This document shows, in pieces, positions 8,520-17,452 of a stretch of 25,730 nucleotides of DNA. Under the pieces are notes generated by a model. That model was not told the DNA's origin and made no database searches. It worked only from the letters and a program-made list of their open reading frames with translations. The position numbers were made by a program, and so were the translations under genes. Each line of letters opens with the position of its first letter. Position 1 is the stretch's first letter. The stretch is from a virus (lineage: Duplodnaviria > Caudoviricetes): IMG/VR virus record IMGVR_UViG_3300049629_000690, positions 1 through 25,730 of that record. The stretch is one strand, 5' to 3'.

Positions 8520-10628
8520 TTAAGAGTTTGCCAGTTTTCGGAGTTGTGGAAGGATCACCGATCTGGCGAACTCCCGTTCGTTTATGTTCCCTCGGCTTGC
8601 GCCGGTATCGTTTGCTTTGTGCGGAGCAATGAAGGTCACTCCAGAGATGCGACCGAGGGTCGATGCCAAAACTTGTGCGTAGCCTTGCGGGTCTTCTTGA
8701 ACCGCCGCCAAAGCATCAGAGTCGCCGACAAAGAATGGTTCGGTGTGGAATCGACCCCGAGTTCCTCTTCCGTTTTCCTTTGCTGTACGCACACCCCTGT
8801 TCGGCACATCGATGCCTTTTGAGCGGAACCACTCTGTGGTTCGGTCTACATAAGCCTTGGCAATGGCGCGTTCCTCATCTGTTGCATCGTCGGGAATGAT
8901 GATTTCAACCCCTCGGGCGGTCGGAGAGGATGCATCGTTAAAGTCGAGTGAGACCTGTCTGGAGGTCGGGGTCGATGCCGGTAGCGCATCACGCGTCTGG
9001 TCGGTCACTTTATAGGTGGCGCGACCGGCGACCAAGTCAGTTACATCGGGATCGAACATGGTTACCCCATTCTGCGATGAGGTCGATTGAGGGGAGGGAG
9101 TCTTTGTCGGAACCGGCGTTGTCGTTGGTTTCGCCGGTGTTCCCGTTTCGGCGGGGAACAATGATCTCCATGCTCGCTTGAAAACTCCTGGTTCCGCCCC
9201 GAGTGCCGCCTTGGCTTGCGCCGGTAAGAGGAGTTGGTTGAGAAACTCGTCGGCGTCTCGTTGGTTTGTGATCCCTGCTTTGCGGAACTTTTCCAACGCA
9301 TCCATTTTGGCGGTCTCGATGACCAGTTGCTGTTGGACATATTGGGGGGATTGCTCTTCCCCGCTTTGTTTTGCAGGAACCTGCCCGAATAGTCCCATGC
9401 TCGCTTGCAGGTTAAGTTTGTTGGCGACATATCGCTCGATGTCGGAGTTGGGCTTGAGAGACCCTCCGTTTTCCGCCATCTCGGCGACTCGTTTTTGCAG
9501 TCCGTTAAGGATCGGTTCAAGGTGCGGATCGGGAATGTTGGCGGTCGCCCATGTCACCATTTCCAGCATCTCCCTTGCCGGTGCGTCTGTGGCAGGGAAA
9601 CCGGCGAGTTTGTTCATGCCCTCGCGGATGAGCATCTCGCTTTGAGTGCTTCCCGCCTTGTTGTTGGTGACACGCCTTTCGAGGGCGGTGCGTTCCTTTT
9701 GTCCGAGGCTTTTGAAAGTTGGGTTGGCGCGGAGGGACTCAAGGGTCATGGTGTTGGAGTCAACCAAGTCAACCATTGCCGTGACCTTCTCTGTTGTCTG
9801 AAAAGTGTGTGCGTATTCCGCCGCCTTGAGATAGCGAGGATAGCTTTCGAGTGAGATGTTTTTGATGTCGGGGATCGGGGTTCCAGACATGATTGCCTTT
9901 TCCAGTTTGGAAAACATGACAACAGGGTCTGCCTGTATTGCCGCCATGAGGTTCTTGGTGTCTCGCGCCCCCTCGATGGCAATTTTGTTCGACGCATACG
10001 CCTCTGGAGACAACCGGCGGGTGGTGAGCAGGGAATCGTTCATTGTCGCGGCATCGTCAAACTGACCACTATTGATCAAGGTCTGCATGGAGGCGAGTTT
10101 GCGTCCCTCGTCCTGGTCGAGATTGGCAATGTGTGCGGCAAGCGAGTATTCCGCCATGTCCTTTGCCACGGCGCGTTGAGCGTCTGCTTCGACAAAGCGG
10201 CGACCAAATGGAGAGATGCCTTGGAAAAGAGCAGGATTAAGTTGCCCGTCCTTGGTCTGGTAGGTCTGCTTGACGATGACGGGATACATGGAGGGGTCTG
10301 CCCCTGCCATCTGTTGCTTCATGCTCCCCTGCACATCGGTGAGGTTGTTGAGGAATTGTGCCGTCGCCTCGGCGTTTGCCATGCGCGAGTAGTAACCGGC
10401 GGCGTCCCCGAGGTTGTCCGCCGTGTTGATGAGGTCAGTTCCGACATCTTGCATGGCAGTTCCCATTGCCGATGCGGCTCGGGCGTTGACCATGTTGCTC
10501 TCGTAGCCTTGGCGAATCTGCGAGATTGCCTGTCCTCCCACCTCGTCCCTCGGGAATTGCGGGTTGGCAAGGGCGGGTTTGCCGCCCATCGGAGCGTTGG
10601 GAATTTCTGCGAGTGGGATTCGTGCCAT
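8520..10628 (-). CDS. Internal virion (ejection) protein with C-terminal permuted N-acetylmuramoyl-L-alanine amidase-like domain
   Basis: 702 aa. The MARIP start and helical Ala/Gln-rich body are typical of gp15-position proteins. A Pro/Thr linker precedes amidase-like motifs VSLDFN..ARGVE, NRGVR, TEPFF and APHKANDTGA..NERE. Confidence 0.85.
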   Translation of the reverse strand: MARIPLAEIPNAPMGGKPALANPQFPRDEVGGQAISQIRQGYESNMVNARAASAMGTAMQDVGTDLINTADNLGDAAGYYSRMANAEATAQFLNNLTDVQGSMKQQMAGADPSMYPVIVKQTYQTKDGQLNPALFQGISPFGRRFVEADAQRAVAKDMAEYSLAAHIANLDQDEGRKLASMQTLINSGQFDDAATMNDSLLTTRRLSPEAYASNKIAIEGARDTKNLMAAIQADPVVMFSKLEKAIMSGTPIPDIKNISLESYPRYLKAAEYAHTFQTTEKVTAMVDLVDSNTMTLESLRANPTFKSLGQKERTALERRVTNNKAGSTQSEMLIREGMNKLAGFPATDAPAREMLEMVTWATANIPDPHLEPILNGLQKRVAEMAENGGSLKPNSDIERYVANKLNLQASMGLFGQVPAKQSGEEQSPQYVQQQLVIETAKMDALEKFRKAGITNQRDADEFLNQLLLPAQAKAALGAEPGVFKRAWRSLFPAETGTPAKPTTTPVPTKTPSPQSTSSQNGVTMFDPDVTDLVAGRATYKVTDQTRDALPASTPTSRQVSLDFNDASSPTARGVEIIIPDDATDEERAIAKAYVDRTTEWFRSKGIDVPNRGVRTAKENGRGTRGRFHTEPFFVGDSDALAAVQEDPQGYAQVLASTLGRISGVTFIAPHKANDTGASRGNINEREFARSVILPQLRKLANS

Positions 10629-10634
10629 AGGATT

Positions 10635-11408
10635 CTACCCTGTTGCTTTTGGTGGAGGTGTTGCCGTTGGTTGGTTTGCCGGTGCGGTGTTGGCAGTTGG
10701 TTGGCGTAGGTTGGCGTAAAGAGAGGCGGAACTTGAAATTCCCGCCGAAAAGTTCGACATGGCATTCCCATATCCGCTTACGGATTGTGCCGCCGCCATC
10801 TGGTTCCCCGCCATTTGGGTGGCGTTTGCCGCGATGATGCCGGTCTTCTCTGTCCAGTTCGCCATTGCCTCGGCGTATTGATATTGTTTGGCGGTCTCTC
10901 GGGTAAGTTCTGCTTGGTAGTCCTGCATCTTTGCGTCCCAATCGAACGATCCTGCTTCCAAGTTGGTTTTGTAAGCGGCATCCATTCGGGCGAGTTGTTG
11001 CATACCGGCGGTGTATGCTTCGACCACAAGGGGAGACCCCGTGTCGCTTTGGACTCCAGATGATCCATATGACGCCCGAATCGAGGATTTCTCAAGGTCT
11101 CCCTGCATGATCATGCGTTTGACCGCCTCGAAACCTTGCCGCTCGGTGGATCGTGCCTGGTCGCGGAGAACCACCGCATTGTTCCCGTAAACCTGTGCCT
11201 GTGCCATTGCGCTTTTGTAATTGAGTTGCGCTTGAAATCTCTGCACGGCGGCGGTTGCCCGAGCCTGTGCTTTCTGTTGTTTCGCATTTAATGCCGCCGC
11301 ACTTCTTTGTGCCGCCGCTGATTGCGATTGCCCGTACAGGGACATACCAGTTCCCGCCGCCGTAACCGCCAAAGATGCCGCTGATAATCCAATCGCTATG
11401 CCAGACAT
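10635..11408 (-). CDS. Internal virion protein (gp14-position)
   Basis: 257 aa with a small-residue hydrophobic N-terminus, Ala/Gln-rich helices and an RASYGSSGV..TGSPL motif typical of podophage small ejection proteins. Confidence 0.85.
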   Translation of the reverse strand: MSGIAIGLSAASLAVTAAGTGMSLYGQSQSAAAQRSAAALNAKQQKAQARATAAVQRFQAQLNYKSAMAQAQVYGNNAVVLRDQARSTERQGFEAVKRMIMQGDLEKSSIRASYGSSGVQSDTGSPLVVEAYTAGMQQLARMDAAYKTNLEAGSFDWDAKMQDYQAELTRETAKQYQYAEAMANWTEKTGIIAANATQMAGNQMAAAQSVSGYGNAMSNFSAGISSSASLYANLRQPTANTAPANQPTATPPPKATG

Positions 11409-11860
11409 ATGTGATCCTTTCGATTGACCAATCCCATCGGTTCAAATCCCGAGGGGAGCAGGTTGTTTTCTATGCAAGTGTTTTGCCGCAACCACTCATC
11501 GGGATCGGTGAGGTCGGTGCGGTGAAAAGTTGTCCAGATGATGTCTTCCTGCACCAGAAAGACTCGGCGAGTTCCGATTTCGGTGATGCCTGTGAATGGC
11601 GCGGAATATCGGGTCACATCCCCGTATTCATCGCAAATGTCGGTGACTCCTTTGGAAAGAATGAACGGGTGACAGGTCTTGTGGGTGACCGAGGTGAAAA
11701 TGGTTCCCGCCGGTGCATGGATTTCTCTGATGTAGATGCCGTCAGCAAATCGGTGGATGGTCGGGATGTCGGCGGGGAAATCTTTTGCCAGATGAAAGAG
11801 TGCGCTTTCGAGGGCATCAATCTTCCTCTTGAACTTGGCGCGTTGCTCTGGAGTTTTCAT
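11396..11860 (-). CDS. Cupin-like protein
   Basis: 154 aa from the ATG at 11858-11860 (TGATG overlap with the tail gene stop). Motifs HRFADGIYIRE.HAPAG....HKTCH..ILSKG, GTRR and WTTFH suggest a metal-binding cupin barrel. Confidence 0.75.
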   Translation of the reverse strand: MKTPEQRAKFKRKIDALESALFHLAKDFPADIPTIHRFADGIYIREIHAPAGTIFTSVTHKTCHPFILSKGVTDICDEYGDVTRYSAPFTGITEIGTRRVFLVQEDIIWTTFHRTDLTDPDEWLRQNTCIENNLLPSGFEPMGLVNRKDHICLA

Positions 11861-14292
11861 CAATTTTGTCCCTCCGTTATTTCCCACACGGGAACGATTG
11901 CCGCGATAGTCAAAGGCATTGGCAGGGTCTGGCGGATGAAGATGTCCACCCCGTCTTGCCAATTGCTGGAAAGATACATTCGGTTCCACCCGTTCAAGAC
12001 CGGCGGGGAATCGTCCATGAAGTCGGTAGTCTTCCTCGCCACCATTGGAGACCAGTTCACTTGGTCGCTTGAGTATTCACCGGCGAAGGATTGGTAAAGT
12101 TTGATGTTGATGCGCGGGATTCGCATCTTGCGCGACTGCGATGTGCCATCCGCCATTTGTTGGTCAACCCGCTCGGGACAAAGCACCGAGGTGTATGGCA
12201 AGCCCACCACCGATGCACATACCGGCGTCTGGAGGGTCAACGCCCCGTTGGTGACCGCCATTGGCTTGCCGGTGGCGGGATTGATGACCGGCGTCACAAT
12301 GCCGTAGGTGATCTCGTTGTCAGTTGCGTTGTAGACTCCCGCCCACACCGAAACCTCTTTGCCTTCCAGATGGGAAAGGCCGGTGATGGTCGAGGTGCTG
12401 ACCGGCACACCCGAGGAAAAGGTCGGGAGTGTTTGCACACCCGAGTCCACAAAGAACCATGCGGATTTGTCGCCGGTGTCGAGGGCGTCACGCATCCCTG
12501 TTTTGAAGCGTTCGATGCTTCGCACCACTTGGTTGTTGATGAATCGGCGAACCAATACCCACACCTCGTCTTCTCCTGTGGTTCCGTTGATGGTCGCAAC
12601 CGATTCAAATTCCCCATCGGTGTTGTGACGAGCAAATCCCACCACCTGTTGCTCTCGTTCGTAGGTGAGGGAGACCAGTTGCCCATCGCCGCGAATGAAC
12701 CAATACACCGCATCGGGAACTCGTTGGTAGGCTACCTCGCGGATGAGCGTCCGCGTTGTATGTTCGGCGAGTGCTGTGATGTCGTTGGAAATCCACGATT
12801 CGCTCGACCAAGTGTAAATGAGTTCTCGGATTTTCCTGCTCATCCTCTGCACATAGAGGATTGTATCGTTGACCACCAAAGCGGGAAGATTGCTTGATCC
12901 GTACTGCGATTGTCCTTGAGCGCGAACATTTGTGGATGTCAATGGTCGAGCGGAATCCGATGCTGAAAGAGACCACTCATCAAGTGATGTTCCGATGAGC
13001 AATGCGGTTTTGCTCACCAACCAATTGATGCGCCCACCCGTTGAGGATGCTAATGTGAATGTCCAAGAATCGGAGTCGAATGCTCCCTTTCGGAAGTTTT
13101 GGAAATCGTTGCTGTAACTTCCCCAAATGGTGTTCGGAGATTTTTCCGTACCGGCAAAGATAAGGCGCGATTCATGCAGTCCGATGGCACTCGGGTATCC
13201 CTGTTCCTCGGAGAATGCTCCTTCGTACCACATCGAAGTTGCAGAGGTGGAACCAAGACCTTTGACCACCGAGGCGGTTGCCGTTATGTATTTGCCGTTG
13301 GTTTCTGTGCCGGTGACCTGGGTTATGCGAACAACTCCTTTTAGTAGAGGTTCGATTGCAGACAACTGGATTCGGGCGGGTGATGCAGAGGTGGCAGTCG
13401 CCCAATTGGAAATCCTGAACCGAAATAGGGTTTCTTGCGTTTCCTCTCCTGTTGAAACCACATTGTAATCATTTCGCGACACATAAGTGCGGCGAATTTC
13501 CCAAGTTGCGCCCCCGTCAGAGGACGCCTCAAGGGCGATGTTGGCAGTCCATGTTCCGAATGATTGTACCTGCCACTTGCCTAATACCGAAAAAGTTGAG
13601 GAAGTGAGGTTGCCGGTGATTCCTTGGTTGAGAACTCCTGCATCGGTGGCGTGGTCGATTTGCCAGAAGGAACCCACATGGGTTTGTTTAAAGAGGGGAA
13701 CGGATGAGGTCAGCGTGATAGTGCCTGTTCTTGCCGAGGGCGTGATAGTGGTGTTGGTGATATTTTGGTCAAGAGTTGGCGGCCAAAACCAAGGCACTTC
13801 TCCAAGTTTCCAATCCGTATCTGAAAAACGAGAAAGTCGGTATGCAGGATGATTTGGGTGAACAAAGTAGACCACATTGTTGATCTGCAAGTGCCGCACA
13901 TCGCGGAGTTCGCTTGCCAAATAGGGGTGCGATGCGACCGGCGCGGGGGTGATGACATTCCCCCGCCAATCCACGGCGACCGCCTCAACCGGCGAAGTAC
14001 CATTTCGGATAAGGTTCCCGTCCTTCCAAAACCTCATGTAGCCTTCGCCAAGTTCAAGAATGTACCTATCAGTTGCCGTGAGGTTCAGTCCGATGAGTTG
14101 GCATCTGGATGTGGGAATCTTTGCCGCCCCTCGGTATTCCAAACCGGCTCGGCGGTTGGCAGGGCCATATGGAGTGAGAAGAAAGTTTTCAAGAATCCTG
14201 CACCCGTTGCGATACTTGTCGAGGTTGGTGCGTGTTTCGAGGTATGGGCTTAACTCACCGGCATTGAACGAGGAGATGAGTTGATTGATCAT
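11860..14292 (-). CDS. Tail tubular protein B (nozzle)
   Basis: 810 aa; SFNAGELSP N-terminus, GYPSAIGLHESRLIFAG, EREQQVVGFARH and VGLPYTS motifs; follows tail tubular A. Confidence 0.92.
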   Translation of the reverse strand: MINQLISSFNAGELSPYLETRTNLDKYRNGCRILENFLLTPYGPANRRAGLEYRGAAKIPTSRCQLIGLNLTATDRYILELGEGYMRFWKDGNLIRNGTSPVEAVAVDWRGNVITPAPVASHPYLASELRDVRHLQINNVVYFVHPNHPAYRLSRFSDTDWKLGEVPWFWPPTLDQNITNTTITPSARTGTITLTSSVPLFKQTHVGSFWQIDHATDAGVLNQGITGNLTSSTFSVLGKWQVQSFGTWTANIALEASSDGGATWEIRRTYVSRNDYNVVSTGEETQETLFRFRISNWATATSASPARIQLSAIEPLLKGVVRITQVTGTETNGKYITATASVVKGLGSTSATSMWYEGAFSEEQGYPSAIGLHESRLIFAGTEKSPNTIWGSYSNDFQNFRKGAFDSDSWTFTLASSTGGRINWLVSKTALLIGTSLDEWSLSASDSARPLTSTNVRAQGQSQYGSSNLPALVVNDTILYVQRMSRKIRELIYTWSSESWISNDITALAEHTTRTLIREVAYQRVPDAVYWFIRGDGQLVSLTYEREQQVVGFARHNTDGEFESVATINGTTGEDEVWVLVRRFINNQVVRSIERFKTGMRDALDTGDKSAWFFVDSGVQTLPTFSSGVPVSTSTITGLSHLEGKEVSVWAGVYNATDNEITYGIVTPVINPATGKPMAVTNGALTLQTPVCASVVGLPYTSVLCPERVDQQMADGTSQSRKMRIPRINIKLYQSFAGEYSSDQVNWSPMVARKTTDFMDDSPPVLNGWNRMYLSSNWQDGVDIFIRQTLPMPLTIAAIVPVWEITEGQN

Positions 14293-14879
14293 GCGACTCC
14301 AGAGAAACGAGATTGAACGAGGTCAGAATCGACCCACAGCATTTTGCGGCGGGGGATGCCTTCACCGGCGTCAATGCGCCGTGCCTCGGCGAGTGCCTTT
14401 TCATACTGCCCGTTCATCATCTTTTCGATGTCGAGTGAACCGGCAAGAGGTCGCGCCAGCTTGGCGGCGAGGCGAAGAACAAGGGCGTCTACAAAAAGAG
14501 GGTCGAATCGGTTTTCATCCACAATTTTCTGGATGTAGGAAATGACCGCCGTGCTGTCATCGGTGTAAAGTTGGTTGCCCACAATCTGGTATTGCGTCAC
14601 CGGCATGGTGGGAGCAAACGAGTTGAAGGTCAGCATCCGCCCGAAATCCACGGGAAGACCGAATGCGTATTCCCAATCGTAGAGGGGATCGGGAGTGATG
14701 GGGGAGAGTTTGGAATGAGAGGTCGCCCAATTCCAGTTGTGCAGTCGAAGGAGTTCCTGGGTGGTCGGTTCGTAGAATAGCTTGGAGAACCGAGCCTCGG
14801 GGGTTGGATCGTCAAGCGACATAATGGCAATGTCGCCAATCTTGGCGAGGGCGAGGTTGCAAATTGTCGTTGAGTCCAT
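14289..14879 (-). CDS. Tail tubular protein A (adaptor)
   Basis: 196 aa; ICNLALAKIG, HNWNWA, YAFGLPVD and FDPLFVDAL..RLA motifs; ATGA overlap with the next gene. Confidence 0.92.
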   Translation of the reverse strand: MDSTTICNLALAKIGDIAIMSLDDPTPEARFSKLFYEPTTQELLRLHNWNWATSHSKLSPITPDPLYDWEYAFGLPVDFGRMLTFNSFAPTMPVTQYQIVGNQLYTDDSTAVISYIQKIVDENRFDPLFVDALVLRLAAKLARPLAGSLDIEKMMNGQYEKALAEARRIDAGEGIPRRKMLWVDSDLVQSRFSGVA

Positions 14880-14884
14880 GTTTT

Positions 14885-14920
14885 AAAAAATGGGGGTGAT
14901 CCCTTGCGAGACCACCCCCA
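14885..14920 (-). terminator. Intrinsic terminator after the capsid gene
   Basis: Minus strand TGGGGGTGGTCTC-GCAA-GGGATCACCCCCA followed by TTTTTT; 13-bp stem with G-U pairs and a GNRA loop. Confidence 0.9.
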
Positions 14921-14933
14921 CTTGTGAGGTTGT

Positions 14934-15863
14934 TTACTTGGTTGTGTCCGCGAGAATTTCCACCACACCCTTCTCAAGGAGACGGGTTGCGCCCATGACC
15001 GCCGTTGAGCGGATTTGGAGCGAGTGGCGATTCTGTGGCAGGATGTCCATGTAGGTCTTGCGACCGCCGTCCACCAGAACAGCAGACTGCTTTTGGTAAG
15101 CGATGCATGACCGCACATTGGAAGCGACCGGCAGGAGTTCGGTGCGAACCACTTTGAAACCGAGGAAGGAATCGACCTCGCCGTCTACAAGGGCGCGGAC
15201 GCTATTGTAGAGTTGGTTGGTCACTTCCTGTGTTCCGAGCAGGTCGGCGATTTCCTTGGAGGAGACCACAAGGATGCGGTCTTCAGCAGGGCATTCGTTG
15301 GAATCAAGAATGCGTTTCGCTTCGCGGAGCTTGGCAATAGTCAAGCCGGTGTTGGTAGGTGTACCCCCACCCCCGACATAGTTGACCGCCACCTTTTGGG
15401 TGTTGGGCAGGGCAATCGTGGTGGTGGTGTTGTTCAGACCAAAACCTGTCGAAGTGTTCGCCACATTGGTGATTGTGGCAGGGTTCAACAGGGCATTGAT
15501 CAGCACCGAGTCAGCAGTACGCCCGTATGCCGCCGCCTGGGCTTGCATGGTCTCGGAGGTCGGGAGAACAACGCTTCCGAGGAAGGTGTTGTCGAACTCG
15601 TCAAACCAGTTGCTGGTGTCGTAGGGAGTCGGATACGCCCAACGAGCAGGCATGGCGATGTCGGAGTTGTTGGTCGCGCCGTTGCGGGTCGTGACCGCCG
15701 CCATCGAGGTTGCGTCGAGTTGGTTGAAACGCACCGCCGCGCCGTTCGCTTGAACGAGCTTGGTGCGGTCTTTGAGACGGGAATCCATCTGTTGCAGAAG
15801 CATCTGCCAGTTGGTTTCGTATTGGATCACATAGTGATCGGGAATTTGAGTTAGATTAGCCAT
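14934..15863 (-). CDS. Major capsid protein
   Basis: 309 aa from the ATG at 15861-15863 (MANLTQIPDHYVIQYETNWQMLLQQMDSRL). Motifs LTIAKLREAK, ALVDGEVDSFLGF and GATRL; lies between scaffold and tail genes and is flanked by terminators. Confidence 0.93.
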   Translation of the reverse strand: MANLTQIPDHYVIQYETNWQMLLQQMDSRLKDRTKLVQANGAAVRFNQLDATSMAAVTTRNGATNNSDIAMPARWAYPTPYDTSNWFDEFDNTFLGSVVLPTSETMQAQAAAYGRTADSVLINALLNPATITNVANTSTGFGLNNTTTTIALPNTQKVAVNYVGGGGTPTNTGLTIAKLREAKRILDSNECPAEDRILVVSSKEIADLLGTQEVTNQLYNSVRALVDGEVDSFLGFKVVRTELLPVASNVRSCIAYQKQSAVLVDGGRKTYMDILPQNRHSLQIRSTAVMGATRLLEKGVVEILADTTK

Positions 15864-15987
15864 TGTAGGAGTTGAGTTGAATTGAGTTGAACTGCTTGTT
15901 CCGCTCGCCCGAGTTGTCCCGAATGGGATTCGTTTTTCGCGGGTCAACCCCTCCTACATGGGCCGAAAGATTGGTTATCCTTCGGAG

Positions 15988-16016
15988 AAGTTAAGGTGTG
16001 CGTACACCCGTTTCAA
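15988..16016 (-). promoter_or_regulatory. Putative sigma70-type promoter for the capsid gene with an operator-like palindrome in the spacer
   Basis: Minus strand TTGAAA (16016-16011), 17 nt, TAACTT (15993-15988), directly downstream of a terminator. The spacer is CGGGTGTACGCACACCT. Confidence 0.6.
15994..16009 (+). repeat. Palindrome copy AGGTGTGCGTACACCC (capsid upstream region)
   Basis: 16-bp exact match to the copies at 19177 and 19533. Confidence 0.9.
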
Positions 16017-16029
16017 AAGAGAGTCAAAT

Positions 16030-16067
16030 AAAAAAAAAGACCCCACCCTCATAGGAAGGTGGGGTCT
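16030..16067 (-). terminator. Intrinsic terminator after the scaffold gene
   Basis: Minus strand GACCCCACC...GGTGGGGTC stem followed by a run of 9 T. Confidence 0.88.
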
Positions 16068-16092
16068 CTTGCTGATGTCAGAACCAAACCGA

Positions 16093-17004
16093 TTATTTCA
16101 GCAAGTCTGTAACCAAGGCGGCGATCTCCTTGTCACCCGAGGTGTACCTTTTGTGAAGCGGGTTGTCGGGGTTCTTCATAATGTCAAAAGCCCTGGCCTT
16201 GCCCACCATCATGGTGGCGGCGGAATCGGCGGAGACCAGTTTGTCATCGCTCAAAGTATCGGCGATTCTTGCCAGCATTTTGACCATACCGGCGGATCGC
16301 AATGCAGGGTCGTTAAGGTCGCCTCCACCCAATTGAACGAGGCGTGTCGCCTTGCTGATGTTGATATCGAATTTGTCCCCCCATTCCTCTGCGAGGCTTT
16401 TCCGAGCGGATTCAAATTCCTGCTGTTCGCGTTGTGCTGATGCCTCTCCCTTCTGCATCTCCCACTTGGCATATTCCCCAACGAGTGCCTCCATTTGCTT
16501 GGGCGTGACCCCGAGCTTGTGAGCAGTCGCATTGATCTGCTTTGCCGCACTTTCATCCCATTCCATGTCTTTGGGGATGCTTGCCGGTCTGGCGGCATAC
16601 TTGTCGGGCGACTCGGGAACCCCCATGCGTTTGTTGAAATCCGCCCATTCCTCGGGAGTGGATTTCTCGTTGGGAATGATAACCGCATCGGCTTTTTTGC
16701 CGAGGAGTCGTTGCTGACTTGTTAGAGTCTTGAAGACCCCGTTGAGGTCTTTGAATTGCCCGAGGATTTGCTTGGAGTCATCGAACCCCTGTAGCCGGTC
16801 GAGCCACCCCTCGGTGAACGCGCCGGTCTCGTCAACGAACGATTTTGTTGTCGGCGTGGTCGGTGTGCTTGTCCCGTCGAGGAGACCACTCGTCCCAATG
16901 CTGGTCGGTGTTGTGATCCCGCTCGATGCGGATGTGTTGTTTTCCTGTGCCGCAAGAACGGCGTTTCCGTCTGTGACGGCATTTGTCGGTTCGCTGGTGA
17001 ACAT
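16093..17004 (-). CDS. Capsid assembly scaffolding protein
   Basis: 303 aa with a low-complexity N-terminus, MGVPESPDKY and LAEEWGDKFD motifs; lies between portal and capsid. Confidence 0.85.
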   Translation of the reverse strand: MFTSEPTNAVTDGNAVLAAQENNTSASSGITTPTSIGTSGLLDGTSTPTTPTTKSFVDETGAFTEGWLDRLQGFDDSKQILGQFKDLNGVFKTLTSQQRLLGKKADAVIIPNEKSTPEEWADFNKRMGVPESPDKYAARPASIPKDMEWDESAAKQINATAHKLGVTPKQMEALVGEYAKWEMQKGEASAQREQQEFESARKSLAEEWGDKFDINISKATRLVQLGGGDLNDPALRSAGMVKMLARIADTLSDDKLVSADSAATMMVGKARAFDIMKNPDNPLHKRYTSGDKEIAALVTDLLK

Positions 17005-17019
17005 AAGTTTTGCCCATCG

Positions 17020-17223
17020 TCACACGATGCGAATGCCGAATCGGTCGGCATAGTCACTCGGTATGCGGTTGTGGTAGCGCATGGCGTGAACCTCCTCGGC
17101 ATGGTATTCCTCATGCCACATGATGTACTCTGGCGTGAGGTCGCCGAGGTGGATGTCCATCTCGGGAGCCGGTGGAGTTTCAGTCTTTGCGGGAATTGGT
17201 TTTTGTCGTGGTGCTTTGCTCAT
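17020..17223 (-). CDS. Hypothetical protein
   Basis: 67 aa (PPAPEMDIHLGDLTPEYIMWH); fills the gap before the scaffold gene. Confidence 0.65.
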   Translation of the reverse strand: MSKAPRQKPIPAKTETPPAPEMDIHLGDLTPEYIMWHEEYHAEEVHAMRYHNRIPSDYADRFGIRIV

Positions 17224-17452
17224 GGGATTTGGATGCCATTGCGCGGATGTGCAGGATCACTTGCCGTTGCCCGTCTCGGACGGCGGCTCGGATCGGATCG
17301 AATGATCCATCGGCGTTGGGCGTGAAGGCGGGGAGGTTGATGCCAAAAGCCTTTTCAAGATCAGCAAGCACCAGTTGTCCCTCGGGGATGTCGAACCACC
17401 CGTAAGCAAGGGCGGTCTTTGCCGTGCGAACCTTTTTGGCGAGATCACTCAT
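17180..17452 (-). CDS. Bbp19-like small protein downstream of the portal
   Basis: 90 aa from the ATG at 17450-17452 (ATGA overlap with the portal stop). Motifs F..PEGQLVLADL and AAVRDGQRQVILHI. Confidence 0.85.
   Translation of the reverse strand: MSDLAKKVRTAKTALAYGWFDIPEGQLVLADLEKAFGINLPAFTPNADGSFDPIRAAVRDGQRQVILHIRAMASKSHEQSTTTKTNSRKD

Noticed and set aside
15358-15371. GGTGTACCCCCACC as another palindrome copy
   Set aside because: Two mismatches including the conserved GC; explainable by Gly-Gly-Gly-Thr-Pro codons in the capsid gene.
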